Assembly: GCA_018903255.1 (NCBI GenBank)
Contig: JAHIQT010000054.1
Span: 15,257-79,256 of the forward strand
Length of the DNA stretch: 64,000 bases
Reading direction: 5' to 3'
Source of the DNA: Bacillota bacterium
GTDB lineage: Bacteria; Bacillota; Clostridia; Eubacteriales; Eubacteriaceae
Below the pieces are notes generated by a model, which was not told the origin of the DNA, made no database searches, and saw nothing but the letters and a program-made list of their open reading frames with translations. Shown here piece after piece: positions 47,842 through 57,533 of this stretch (position 1 is the first letter of the stretch; each line of letters starts with the position of its first letter). The position numbers and the translations under genes were made by a program.

Positions 47842-49740
47842 CTACATAACTTCGCGGATCACATCGTATTTGGCATCATCACTTTCAACAAATCCCTCCA
47901 CCGGGGATTTAATATTCGGTGCTTTTACATATTCGACAAAGGCCTGTCGTAAAAGGGTTGTAAATTCTTTTGGCAGATTCGGATTAGCGGCAATGGCATC
48001 CTTGGGAATGTCCGGGGTTTTAGCAATAATGTTAAACTCATCCAGATTAATGCCACTTTTTCCCGCTCCTTCCATCGCTTCACTGTAGGTCGCCCCAGCA
48101 TCATATTCGCGGGACAAAACCGCTTTGATAACACTGTCATGACTACCCAGATAGGAGGTCTTACTGAAAATCGTCTTGGGATTCATCCCCTCCGATTTAA
48201 TAATATGCTGGGCATAGAGATAGCCTGAAGCACTGCCCTCATCGACATAAGCAAAACTTCGGCCACGCAATCCGCTTAAGCTATTGATGCCACTGTCTTT
48301 GCGGGTAATAATATAGCCGTTGTAAGATACCTTGCCATTGACTCTTGGCGATACCAAGGGCTCAATCCCGATTTTTTCATGGGCATTGACATAGGCAAAG
48401 GGCGAAAACCAGGCCACATCGATAATCCCTTCCTTCATGCCTTCACTGAGGGCTTCATAATCCTTGACAATCATGGTTCGCACCTTGTAACCGATTTTTT
48501 TGAAAACCCCATTTAAGATCGGCACATACATGGTTTTAATGTTTTCTGGCGAAGTAAAGGGATTAACCCCAAAGATAATTTCATTTTTATTTTTATTTTT
48601 GGCGGTAAGCTTTTGAACATTGCTGGCCATTTCCGAAAGCTTGGTACAGTAATTTAACAATTCAACATTTTTTGACTTCTGGGTGACAATCGTACTGATG
48701 GTGTTGGTGGTCACCCGGTGAGTGGTGTCGACCGCATCAGAGACCTTGGAAATAGAAGCCTGGATGCCATGGGAGGTGTTAACCTGGAGGCTGGAAATCT
48801 CTTTGATTTCATTCATGGAATTGTTTAATTCGATCAAAACTTTTTGAATTTCTTCGATCACATCGCCCGATTTCTGGGCAGCCCCTTCAATATCTTTAGT
48901 CCTTGTGGTGCACCGTTCAATGGCTGTATTCGAACGATCCACCTCAACAATCACCTGATTGACAATCTGTTCAATTTCGGTGGCAAAGGTGGCGGTGCTG
49001 TCCGACAACCGCTTGATTTCTTCTGCCACCACCGAAAATCCCTTGCCGGCAGCTCCTGCCCGGGCGGCCTCAATACTGGCATTTAGTGCGAGCAGATTGG
49101 TTTGTCGGGAAATATCCTTAATATAATCAACAAACTTGCTGATCTGTTTAGACGAACCGTCTAATTCGTCATTAATACCTGATGCCTGTTTGACTCCGTC
49201 AACTAGATCCATCAACAGATCAGAGATGCCTTCGATGGTTGAACGGTTTTCGTTGAGCATTTCAACCGACTGACTGGAGTTTTCTTCGATTCTGACAATA
49301 TTCCCCTGAAGCTTATTGGATACCTCGGTAAAATGATTGATTTCCGAATTGATTTCATAGGTGCTCGCGGCATTTTCCTCGCTGAGTTTGGCAATTTCAT
49401 CGGCCTGAGCCACTATCGTATTAAAAACTTTGACATTTTCCTGGGAAAACCAGCTTAGTTTTTTGATATCAAAGTCCATCGTCTCTAACAAAGAAAAAAG
49501 TTCACTATTGACATTATCCTGTTCCTCGTCCTCGAGCGGCTCATCTTTTTTAGCCATGGCAGTCAGCAGGTTTAAGATGCTATTCATCGTGGCTTTATTT
49601 TCATTTAATATTTCGACTGAAAGGGTCGAGCTTTCTTCCAGGCTCATCATATTCCGTTTCAGTTCATCCGAGCTTTGAGCAATCGTTTTGACATCCAGGT
49701 GGATATTCTCCAAATTGATTTCACTTTTTAATTCTTCCAT
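47842..49740 (-). CDS. Soluble MCP signalling domain fused to a C-terminal PhnD-like phosphate/phosphonate-binding domain
   Basis: [17 protein letters not shown]; then [30 protein letters not shown]; no TM helix. Confidence 0.85.
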   Translation of the reverse strand: MEELKSEINLENIHLDVKTIAQSSDELKRNMMSLEESSTLSVEILNENKATMNSILNLLTAMAKKDEPLEDEEQDNVNSELFSLLETMDFDIKKLSWFSQENVKVFNTIVAQADEIAKLSEENAASTYEINSEINHFTEVSNKLQGNIVRIEENSSQSVEMLNENRSTIEGISDLLMDLVDGVKQASGINDELDGSSKQISKFVDYIKDISRQTNLLALNASIEAARAGAAGKGFSVVAEEIKRLSDSTATFATEIEQIVNQVIVEVDRSNTAIERCTTRTKDIEGAAQKSGDVIEEIQKVLIELNNSMNEIKEISSLQVNTSHGIQASISKVSDAVDTTHRVTTNTISTIVTQKSKNVELLNYCTKLSEMASNVQKLTAKNKNKNEIIFGVNPFTSPENIKTMYVPILNGVFKKIGYKVRTMIVKDYEALSEGMKEGIIDVAWFSPFAYVNAHEKIGIEPLVSPRVNGKVSYNGYIITRKDSGINSLSGLRGRSFAYVDEGSASGYLYAQHIIKSEGMNPKTIFSKTSYLGSHDSVIKAVLSREYDAGATYSEAMEGAGKSGINLDEFNIIAKTPDIPKDAIAANPNLPKEFTTLLRQAFVEYVKAPNIKSPVEGFVESDDAKYDVIREVM

Positions 49741-49775
49741 GATCTTTCTCTCTTCCTTAAATTTGTGAAAACGCT

Positions 49776-51005
49776 TTACGCCCAGTTTCCATTTTTAAAA
49801 ATGGGAATTTCCTGACCATCTTTACTAATGCCAATAATTTCCAAATCTTTGGTGCCGATCATAAAATCGACATGGGTATCGGACTGGTTGCCGCCGGCAG
49901 CAGTCAGTTCTGCTTTGGTCATTTTTCCGCCATCCCGGATATTGGTGGGATAACATTCCCCCAGGGCAAAATGACAAGCGGCATTTTCATCAAATAGCGT
50001 GTCATAGAAAAGAATCCCGGTATTAGAAATCGGTGAATCATAGGGAACCAGTGCCACTTCTCCCAACCGCCTTGATCCTTCGTCGGTTTCGATCAAGCTC
50101 TTGAGATATTCGCCACCCTTTGCTGCCTGATAGTCGGTCACCTTGCCGTCATGAAAGGTCAGGCGAAAATCTTCGATCAGATTTCCCTGATAGGAAAGTG
50201 GCAAAGATGACACCAGCGTACCCTCAGCCCGGAAACAATCCGGTGCGGTAAAAATCTCCTCAGTCGGCATATTAGCAAAAAAGTAGATCTGATCGGGGGT
50301 AAGTTCACCGCCGCCTTCCCAGATATGATCTTTCTGGAGACCGACAGTAAAATCGGTACCGATACTATTTTTATAACGGAGGGCATCAAAATGGGCATCA
50401 TTAAGAATTCGACATTTTTCGGTGAGAAAGGCCTTATGGTCATTCCAGGCTTTTACGGTGTCATCTTCACCAATCCGCACGGCCTCAAAGATGGCCTCCC
50501 AGAGTTTTGCGATCGCCTCCTGTTCATAAAGTTCAGGAAATACCTTTTTTGCCCAATTGGCCTCAGGAACAGCCGCCACGCACCACTGGAATTCACTATT
50601 CATCATTTTTTTATAATAGGGTTCAAATGCCTTGGCGGAAGCCTTGCTGCTAGTTTTCAGCTTTTCGCTGGCGACCCCTTTATAGGCCTCCGGATCATTG
50701 CCGATAATCGAAATCACCGCCGCTTTCTGCTCCCCATAATAATTCCGGGATTCAGCCAGCCAATTGGGGATGTTTTCCAAAACTTCCAGACTAACATAGT
50801 CATAGCGGAGACGACTGGTTTTGACATCATTCCAGAAGACGATTACATCTCTAGCCCCGGCTTTATAGGCCTCAGCAACGATCATCCGGCCAAATTCAAA
50901 ATTTTCCACTGAACAATTTACGACCGCCAATTGATCCTTCTGTACATTTGCTCCGGTTCGGACAAGGAGTCGGGCATATTCCCTTAATTTTTCGATATGA
51001 TCCAT
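49776..51005 (-). CDS. Aminopeptidase, M29 family (PepS/AmpS-like)
   Basis: [37 protein letters not shown]. Confidence 0.92.
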   Translation of the reverse strand: MDHIEKLREYARLLVRTGANVQKDQLAVVNCSVENFEFGRMIVAEAYKAGARDVIVFWNDVKTSRLRYDYVSLEVLENIPNWLAESRNYYGEQKAAVISIIGNDPEAYKGVASEKLKTSSKASAKAFEPYYKKMMNSEFQWCVAAVPEANWAKKVFPELYEQEAIAKLWEAIFEAVRIGEDDTVKAWNDHKAFLTEKCRILNDAHFDALRYKNSIGTDFTVGLQKDHIWEGGGELTPDQIYFFANMPTEEIFTAPDCFRAEGTLVSSLPLSYQGNLIEDFRLTFHDGKVTDYQAAKGGEYLKSLIETDEGSRRLGEVALVPYDSPISNTGILFYDTLFDENAACHFALGECYPTNIRDGGKMTKAELTAAGGNQSDTHVDFMIGTKDLEIIGISKDGQEIPIFKNGNWA

Positions 51006-51271
51006 AAGTTTTCCTCTTTTTCTCGTTACAAAAATAAGTAAGCCGGTTTAACAGGTTTCAGATCATTGTGTAAAACCCGCCCTTCATTCATTTTTGTAAA
51101 ACTTATCTTTTTTCTTTTTTTGAACATCTATGTTAAAAATTATATCACTTTCATCAAATAAAGAAACAAGAAAAATTTGCGAAAAGCACCTAAACTTAAT
51201 TTCAACTGGGAACAATTTGTCAACATCTGGTCATTTATCCTCTGCTACTACTGTTACGTTCATCCTTAAAA

Positions 51272-52354
51272 TCATGCTTTAAAATCACGGTAAAATACCC
51301 GGGCTTCTTCTTCGCCTCTTAACAATCTTAATCCGCCTAGTGCCAGGGCTTCCATTTCGTTCTCGCCAGGCAAGCATTGAACCGGGGCCAGAAAGGCGAT
51401 ATATGCTTTAACCATCGTGGTCAGTTTTTCAGAGTAGGCCATCCCACCGGTAAGGATAATCGCGTCAATTTCGCCTTTTAGCACCACCGCCATTTCGCCG
51501 ATGCCCTTGGCAATCTGATAGGCTAGCGCCGCATAGATCTGCTTTGCCTTGTTATCGCCAGTCAAGATTCGTTTTTCAATATCGCGGATATCGCTAGTGC
51601 CCAGATGCGCTTTTAATCCACCCTGTCCACGAATTTTCTTAACCAGCTCATTTTTATGATAATGTCCGCTGTAAATCAGCTCCACCAAAGCCAGTAGTGG
51701 AAGTCCACCGGATCGTTCCGGCGAAAAAGGGCCAGTATCATCGGCTATCACATCGATGATCCGTCCCTTTTTATGAGCACTGATAGAAATCCCGCCGCCC
51801 AGATGAGCAATGACCAGGTTCATCTCAGAGTAGTGCTTTCCCATTTCGTTGGCGTATTTTCTGCCCATCGCCTTGCTGTTTAATACATGACAAAGGCTTT
51901 TTCTGTGGATTTCCGGAAAACCGGTGATCCGGGCGATATCTTCCATTTCATCGGATGAAACAGCGTCATAGATATAAGCTGGAATCCCTAGCGGTGCGGC
52001 AATGGCGTCGGCCAAGAGCGCCCCCAAATTTGAGGCATGGGGTGAAAGATGGCCTTCCAAAATTAGCGCCTTCATCGCCTGATTGACGCCGTAGCCACCT
52101 GCATCGATAGGCGGCAGTAAGCCGCCGCGCCCGACTACTGCAGCAAGCTGATGGCAATCAAACTGCTGGGCTTTTAATATTTCCAGCACCGTTTTTTCTC
52201 TAAATTCAAACTGTGCATTAACCGTTGGAAAGGCCTCAAGAACAGCACTATCGTGTTCAACTGTCTGAGTAAACAGGGCTCTTTCATTCTTATAGACAGC
52301 AACTTTTGTCGAGGTTGAACCGGGATTGATCGTTAGTATAAAATACGTCTGCAT
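51272..52354 (-). CDS. buk: Butyrate (branched-chain carboxylate) kinase
   Basis: INPGSTSTK, VGRGGLL, HASNLG, HLGGGIS, GPFSPERSG, PGENEMEALA; GAGGAGG RBS before ATG 52354. Confidence 0.9.
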   Translation of the reverse strand: MQTYFILTINPGSTSTKVAVYKNERALFTQTVEHDSAVLEAFPTVNAQFEFREKTVLEILKAQQFDCHQLAAVVGRGGLLPPIDAGGYGVNQAMKALILEGHLSPHASNLGALLADAIAAPLGIPAYIYDAVSSDEMEDIARITGFPEIHRKSLCHVLNSKAMGRKYANEMGKHYSEMNLVIAHLGGGISISAHKKGRIIDVIADDTGPFSPERSGGLPLLALVELIYSGHYHKNELVKKIRGQGGLKAHLGTSDIRDIEKRILTGDNKAKQIYAALAYQIAKGIGEMAVVLKGEIDAIILTGGMAYSEKLTTMVKAYIAFLAPVQCLPGENEMEALALGGLRLLRGEEEARVFYRDFKA

Positions 52355-52435
52355 CGACAAGCCTCCTCTTTTTTTACCTGGATTTTCATTGCCTACTACC
52401 ATGTTGTTTACCCCATTGTAAACCCAATGCTCACC

Positions 52436-53596
52436 TTATGCAAATTTTATCAGCAACTTTCCGGCTTCATATTTGGCGCTTTGTACCGTTTTATTACGGA
52501 GTATATCCGGTAATGTAAAACACCGTTTTTCATTCTTGATTTGAATCATCAATTCACTGCCCTTTTGTCCCATATCGAGATCCGTCTTTTCGGCAAAAGG
52601 AATGTTTAATATGAAGGCATAGCCATCGTCTTCCTTCCGTACTTCAAAGATTGTATCCTTAAATAAAACTGCCGCAGGATCAGTTTCTCCGAAAATCTGC
52701 TCGGCTGCTTCTAGCAGAATCGCTTCGGTAGCCAACTCCTTATCGAGCAGCATCAGGGTAAAAACTGGCACCTCGGAAAAGCTTTCGCGAATCTCCTTCA
52801 GCCCTTCCTCCTGCAGATTGATCCATTTGCTGAAATATCCGTCTAATGCTTTTGGCGGATAGACCTTGTTGACGATCACGGCATCGATGTTGTAGTTGTA
52901 TAAGTGAAGATAGGTGAAATTCCGTTTAGCCTCTTTAATGACAATCCGTTCGGGGGTCGTGACGATCCGGATGGTCAGGATTTCCTTATTGGTCATCAGC
53001 TCTTGTAACTGATAGAGCTTTTCGTATAATTGTTCGACATCATCAAAGACATTGTCTTCGGGCATCGGAATTTTCATCACTTTTTCGATCATTGGTCCGG
53101 CTACCTTGACGGCCTTTTTCTCCATTGGTAACACCGTTTTGATCATATTGCCAAACATTTCGGGAAATTTTAAGAGTGACAGGGTTTCGCCAGTCGGTGC
53201 ACAGTCGACAATCAAGACATCATACTGGTTTTCTTCATAGATATCAGTGATTTTAAATAATGAAAATAGTTCTTCCAGCCCCGGAAAAACCAGCAGCTCC
53301 TCAGCTTCAATTCCTCCTTCGGCTTTAACTGTCAGTAACTCCTTTATATAGTTTTTCATGTTTCCCCAGGCGCGTTCGCCTTCCAGGATGGCATCAATTT
53401 CCAGTCCCCAGAGGCGATCACTGATCTTTACCGGAGTATTCTTAAGCTTTACGCCAAATGAATCCGATAAACTATGCGCCTGGTCGGTGCTCATAATTAA
53501 AACTTTTTTGCCGTCTTTAGCCAACTTTACTGCCGTTGCGGCAGCCACACTGGTTTTACCGACACCGCCTTTACCGGTATATAAAATGATTCGCAT
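52436..53596 (-). CDS. ArsA/Get3-family ATPase with C-terminal Hsp20-like extension
   Basis: GKGGVGKTS, STDQAHSL, DCAPTGET; single ATPase domain. Confidence 0.9.
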   Translation of the reverse strand: MRIILYTGKGGVGKTSVAAATAVKLAKDGKKVLIMSTDQAHSLSDSFGVKLKNTPVKISDRLWGLEIDAILEGERAWGNMKNYIKELLTVKAEGGIEAEELLVFPGLEELFSLFKITDIYEENQYDVLIVDCAPTGETLSLLKFPEMFGNMIKTVLPMEKKAVKVAGPMIEKVMKIPMPEDNVFDDVEQLYEKLYQLQELMTNKEILTIRIVTTPERIVIKEAKRNFTYLHLYNYNIDAVIVNKVYPPKALDGYFSKWINLQEEGLKEIRESFSEVPVFTLMLLDKELATEAILLEAAEQIFGETDPAAVLFKDTIFEVRKEDDGYAFILNIPFAEKTDLDMGQKGSELMIQIKNEKRCFTLPDILRNKTVQSAKYEAGKLLIKFA

Positions 53597-53626
53597 GGTC
53601 TTCTCCCTTTTGTTAAACTACTTATT

Positions 53627-53699
53627 TAGTCTATGTATCTAGTCTATGTATCTAGTCTATGTATCTAGTCTATGTATCTAGTCTATGTATCTAGTCTAT
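53627..53699. repeat. 13-bp tandem repeat, 5.6 copies
   Basis: (tagtctatgtatc)x5 + tagtctat, perfect copies. Confidence 0.95.
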
Positions 53700-53936
53700 C
53701 GAAACTTTTTTAACTTTTATTTCGCTGTCCGCTCCTGCTGTCTTTTCTTTTTCGGCCGCGTTTACCGCACCGCTGACATCAACAACCCATTCCTTGGCGA
53801 CTTCAAAGATCATTTCTTTGACTTCTTTTTCAATCACCTGAACATGTTTGGCGATGGTCGGTGACAACAGCGACAAGAAGGCATCGCGTTCATATTGCTT
53901 GGCCAGGATCATGTTTTTAATAAATTCTCGATTCAT
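53691..53936 (-). CDS. Small hypothetical protein (81 aa)
   Basis: AAGGAG RBS; sits between the two arsA-like genes. Confidence 0.7.
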   Translation of the reverse strand: MNREFIKNMILAKQYERDAFLSLLSPTIAKHVQVIEKEVKEMIFEVAKEWVVDVSGAVNAAEKEKTAGADSEIKVKKVSID

Positions 53937-53947
53937 TGCTTTTCTCC

Positions 53948-55114
53948 TTATTGAAATGCGATGATCAGAGTGCTCTGATCAAATTTTGCCGATGTCACTG
54001 CCATCCCTCTGAGGCTATTGGGCATTGGAATATTTCGCTTGTAATTACCAATTTTGACAATTACGTCCGACCCCGATAGATTGACCGCCACCTCATCCTT
54101 GCTAATATTTGGTAAATAAAGCTTCAAGTTGTAGCCTGTTTCAGTCTGCTCATATTTTTCCCCCTCGATATCCGCTTTGATCTCAAACAAATCAGCTCGT
54201 TTCGCGAAGACATCATCACAGATCCGGTTGATGGCATCCAGACCCAGTAGATCAGTATCGTACCAGGGAATATAATATTTGGGAATTTCTTCAAAACAGG
54301 CCTCAATTTCAGCGATGTATTTTTTCTGGATTGTGATCCATTCCGCAAAAAAGGGATTGTCAATGTCAGTGGGCAGAATGCGGTTAATAAAAATACCATC
54401 GACATTATAGTTGTAAAGCTTCATATACATATAGTTTCGCTTGGTTTCTTCGACCACCATTTTTTCAGGAATGGTTACTAACCGAACCGAGGACACCGCT
54501 TTGTTTTTTAGCAATTCCTGCAGTTCAATCAGTTTGACATAGAGGGTTTCGATGTCACTCATGGCGTGTCGATCGGGCAACTGAATTTTAAACAATGATT
54601 TTGACACTGGCGACAAGATGCGCATCGCCACCTTCCCCATCGGAAAAAATTTGTCCATATACCAGCACATCAGCTCGGGAAATTTAAGCAGGGACAGGGT
54701 TTCTCCAGTGGGCGCGCAGTCGACAATAATCCGTTCGTAGTCGCTATTATCGTGTAATTCCTGAATTTTAAGCAGGGCGAAGAGTTCATCCATCCCTGGC
54801 ATCATCGTAAACTCATCCATTTCGGCGCCTTCTGGATTAATCGAGCCAATCATATTGCTAAAGGCGCGCATCAGATCTTTGAAATCTTTTTCCATCACAT
54901 AGTTGGGATCAATCTCCAGGGCGTAGAGATTGTCGGCTACCGCAACCTCATCTTTTCCGATCGGAACATTAAACAGATCCCCCAGATTATGGGCCATGTC
55001 GGTGCTGACGATCAGGGTTTTTTTGCCTTCCTGTGATGATTTCAGGGCGTGGGCAGCGGCCACACTGGTTTTGCCTACCCCACCTTTGCCGGTAAAAATT
55101 AGTATGCGTTTCAT
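53948..55114 (-). CDS. ArsA/Get3-family ATPase with C-terminal Hsp20-like extension
   Basis: GKGGVGKTS, STDMAHNL, DCAPTGET; C-terminal VIVKIGNYKRNIPMP. Confidence 0.9.
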   Translation of the reverse strand: MKRILIFTGKGGVGKTSVAAAHALKSSQEGKKTLIVSTDMAHNLGDLFNVPIGKDEVAVADNLYALEIDPNYVMEKDFKDLMRAFSNMIGSINPEGAEMDEFTMMPGMDELFALLKIQELHDNSDYERIIVDCAPTGETLSLLKFPELMCWYMDKFFPMGKVAMRILSPVSKSLFKIQLPDRHAMSDIETLYVKLIELQELLKNKAVSSVRLVTIPEKMVVEETKRNYMYMKLYNYNVDGIFINRILPTDIDNPFFAEWITIQKKYIAEIEACFEEIPKYYIPWYDTDLLGLDAINRICDDVFAKRADLFEIKADIEGEKYEQTETGYNLKLYLPNISKDEVAVNLSGSDVIVKIGNYKRNIPMPNSLRGMAVTSAKFDQSTLIIAFQ

Positions 55115-55131
55115 TGGATCTCCTTTTTTTA

Positions 55132-55166
55132 TAATTCACTTGTCGAATAGTTCGCTATCCGAAGTA
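55132..55166. promoter_or_regulatory. Two overlapping copies of a putative MarR operator TANTTCG-N5-CGAANTA
   Basis: taattcacttgtcgaatag (55132-55150) and tagttcgctatccgaagta (55148-55166). Confidence 0.6.
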
Positions 55167-55199
55167 TATCTTCTGAAATATGCTGCCTAGGGCAGCATT

Positions 55200-55697
55200 C
55201 TATTCAATCATTATCTTTGTGATTTTTGGTTTGGTCTGTTTGGCTGCGATTTTGCTAGCATCTCGACTGAGCGCGTCCATGACCTTATCAACCAGCCTAA
55301 AAACCAGTTTAACTTCCTCCGCACTAAAACTTTCCATCACCAATTGTCCGTATCGGATCATTTCGTTGAGGATGCTCTGGATCGCTATTCTGCCGGCATC
55401 GGTCAGTTTTATGGTGACTACCCGCTTATCTTCTGAGCTTCTTTCGCGGGTTAAAAAATCACGTTTTTCCATCCGCGCAACAATGCCGGTGGCCGTATTT
55501 AACGGAACATTCAAGTATTCGGCAATCTGGGTCATATTGACATCACTGCGTCGATATAAGAGCAGCAGCACAAACACTTCATTTTTCGTGCAATTAAAAA
55601 TTTCATTTCCCCATAGCTCCGTCGATAAGAGGTACTTTATCTTGTCCAGATATTCAAAAATCATTGCTTCAAAATTGTCGTTAAAGCCATTATCCAT
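55200..55697 (-). CDS. MarR-family transcriptional regulator
   Basis: MTQIAEYLNVPLNTATGIVARME, DKRVVTIKLTDAG. Confidence 0.9.
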   Translation of the reverse strand: MDNGFNDNFEAMIFEYLDKIKYLLSTELWGNEIFNCTKNEVFVLLLLYRRSDVNMTQIAEYLNVPLNTATGIVARMEKRDFLTRERSSEDKRVVTIKLTDAGRIAIQSILNEMIRYGQLVMESFSAEEVKLVFRLVDKVMDALSRDASKIAAKQTKPKITKIMIE

Positions 55698-55725
55698 TCG
55701 TTTTATCCTTTTTCTAGTTACAAAG

Positions 55726-55778
55726 TACTTCGTTATTCGAATTAATTTAATTCTACATCCGAAGTATTAATTTGTCAA
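55726..55778 (-). promoter_or_regulatory. marR promoter (TTGACA-N17-TAGAAT) overlapped by two operator copies
   Basis: -35 at 55773-55778, -10 at 55750-55755; tacttcgttattcgaatta (55726-55744) and taattctacatccgaagta (55748-55766). Confidence 0.7.
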
Positions 55779-55933
55779 GCCATTTTCAGATTTTATTTAT
55801 TTTCATTCTATCAAAGCTCTATGGTCAACTGTTGCGTGTTTTATCGGTGTTTTTGAAAAGGTTACCGTCATTGCCTTCTTTTAAAGCACCTTTAAAGATT
55901 GATGGTTATAATAGAAGATCGAAAGGAGTGCCC

Positions 55934-56761
55934 ATGAAATTTGGAAAATTCTTACTGCTTGCATCCATCACGCTAACCACAATTGTTGTGGGCAGTTATC
56001 TTTATGCCCGCTATGTCGAACCCAATCTCTTAATGGTCAATCGCGAAAAGCTTGAAAACAGCAAGCTTGAGGCACCACTTAAGATTGTCTTTTTCGGCGA
56101 TACACACATCGGCGAATTTAATGATCATGACCAACTCGATCGGATTATTGAAAAAATCAATGCTGAAAATGCTGATCTTGTTATTTTTACTGGTGATCTG
56201 ATTGGATCGACTGGAAAGTTTTCCGTTGATCCTGATGCGATTTCTCAGAGTCTGGCAAGGATCAATGCAACCTATGGCAAGGTAGCTGTTACCGGAAACC
56301 ACGAGTACGCCTTATTTAGAAAATATAATTATGAAAACCTGATGCGTGCCGCTGGCTTTACGGTTCTAATTAATGACTGGCTGGATATTTCTGAACTAAA
56401 CGTCCGACTGCTTGGTCTGGATGATGCTTTTCGGGGTGACCCCGATTTGAATCTGACCGATGAGGTACTGGTAGGCAGTTATAATATTCTCTTAACTCAT
56501 GAGCCGGATATTGTCGATGAGATGGATATCAATGCTGTTGAGCTGGTATTAGCCGGCCATACTCACGGGGGGCAGATCTCACTTCCCTATCTTACCGAAA
56601 AGATTCTGCCGACCTACGGGAAAAAATATGTACAGGGTCTTTTCGCGATTGGCAGCCAGGGTCAAACCGACCTATTCGTCACTAAAGGTACTGGGATGAC
56701 CAAACTACCTTTTCGCTTTATGAACGTGCCCGAAATCGTAGCGATTGAGATCGTCCCTTAG
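55934..56761 (+). CDS. Calcineurin-like metallophosphoesterase (YkuE-like)
   Basis: GDTH, TGDLI, GNHE, HEPD, GHTHGGQ; AAAGGAG RBS before ATG 55934. Confidence 0.9.
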   Translation: MKFGKFLLLASITLTTIVVGSYLYARYVEPNLLMVNREKLENSKLEAPLKIVFFGDTHIGEFNDHDQLDRIIEKINAENADLVIFTGDLIGSTGKFSVDPDAISQSLARINATYGKVAVTGNHEYALFRKYNYENLMRAAGFTVLINDWLDISELNVRLLGLDDAFRGDPDLNLTDEVLVGSYNILLTHEPDIVDEMDINAVELVLAGHTHGGQISLPYLTEKILPTYGKKYVQGLFAIGSQGQTDLFVTKGTGMTKLPFRFMNVPEIVAIEIVP

Positions 56762-56801
56762 ATCTATTAGTGCCGTGACGCCCACACCGCTGCCATTCCT
56801 G

Positions 56802-57533
56802 TCACACTCCAAATAGATCATAAACCTGATCGTCCCCGATTACCCGGGGACTTTTTTTGTCGGCATTTTTAAGCATGCTTTCCATCTTATCCTCAAGCGA
56901 TTTTTTTATCAGTTCTTCGACCGGCATCTTCCGTAGTCCAAAGAGCAGCATCGGGTTCTGATCCAGTCGGGCGCCTACTCCATACAATACTGCTGCCACA
57001 TGCTTGCAGAGCCAAGCACTGTCCGGGCAGCTACAATGAAAGTGAATTTCTCTTGGCGCGGGAAAGAGACCCTCCTGTCTGGTCGTAAAGAGACTCTCCA
57101 GCTCTTTAGGAAATTTGCCAGAAACCAGCTGCTCTAAGGATTCAATCCGGCGATTGCACAAAACGGTGATCTGTTTCCAGGTTTTTTCATCCAACGGGTC
57201 AATGCCAATTTCAACCCGATAGGGCTTAGTTGTACTGCCTTGAACCAGGGCGTGGATGGTGCCTTTTTCAAGCTTTAAATGCAGCACTGCGCCTTCCCTA
57301 ACATAGCTGCGTCCCCGACCAATCCGATTACTGTAATCGGCATAGCTCTCCAGATTCTTGTTCCAGGCTTTTCCCCACCAGGTTTTGGCGATGGCGGTGC
57401 CTTCGATGACTACTGGCTCGATCTCTGGCATGGACTGCTTTAGTTTCTCCATCGATTTTCGGGCTTTTTCCTTTTTTTGAGCAACAGTTACATGGACATA
57501 ATCATAATCGTAATAACTCATCTCAGATCCCAC
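56802..57533 (-). CDS. SWIM zinc-finger protein
   Basis: CSCPD...CKHVAAVLY; NRIGRGRSY; start may be 57521. Confidence 0.88.
   Translation of the reverse strand: MGSEMSYYDYDYVHVTVAQKKEKARKSMEKLKQSMPEIEPVVIEGTAIAKTWWGKAWNKNLESYADYSNRIGRGRSYVREGAVLHLKLEKGTIHALVQGSTTKPYRVEIGIDPLDEKTWKQITVLCNRRIESLEQLVSGKFPKELESLFTTRQEGLFPAPREIHFHCSCPDSAWLCKHVAAVLYGVGARLDQNPMLLFGLRKMPVEELIKKSLEDKMESMLKNADKKSPRVIGDDQVYDLFGV

Noticed and set aside
50325-50912. 195-aa plus-strand ORF, and the many other short ORFs nested in long genes
   Set aside because: Antisense or alternate-frame shadows of well-supported CDSs
52405-52435. SigB-like promoter upstream of buk
   Set aside because: GGGTAA present but the -35 position reads GAGCAT, a poor match
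53627-53699. Possible CRISPR array
   Set aside because: Head-to-tail 13-bp units with no spacers and no cas genes; it is a simple tandem repeat
52436-55114. Arsenic-resistance operon
   Set aside because: Single-domain ATPases with Hsp20-like tails, no arsB/acr3/arsC/arsD, and the regulator is MarR rather than ArsR
55180-55770. 196-aa plus-strand ORF
   Set aside because: Antisense shadow of marR, with no RBS or recognisable motifs
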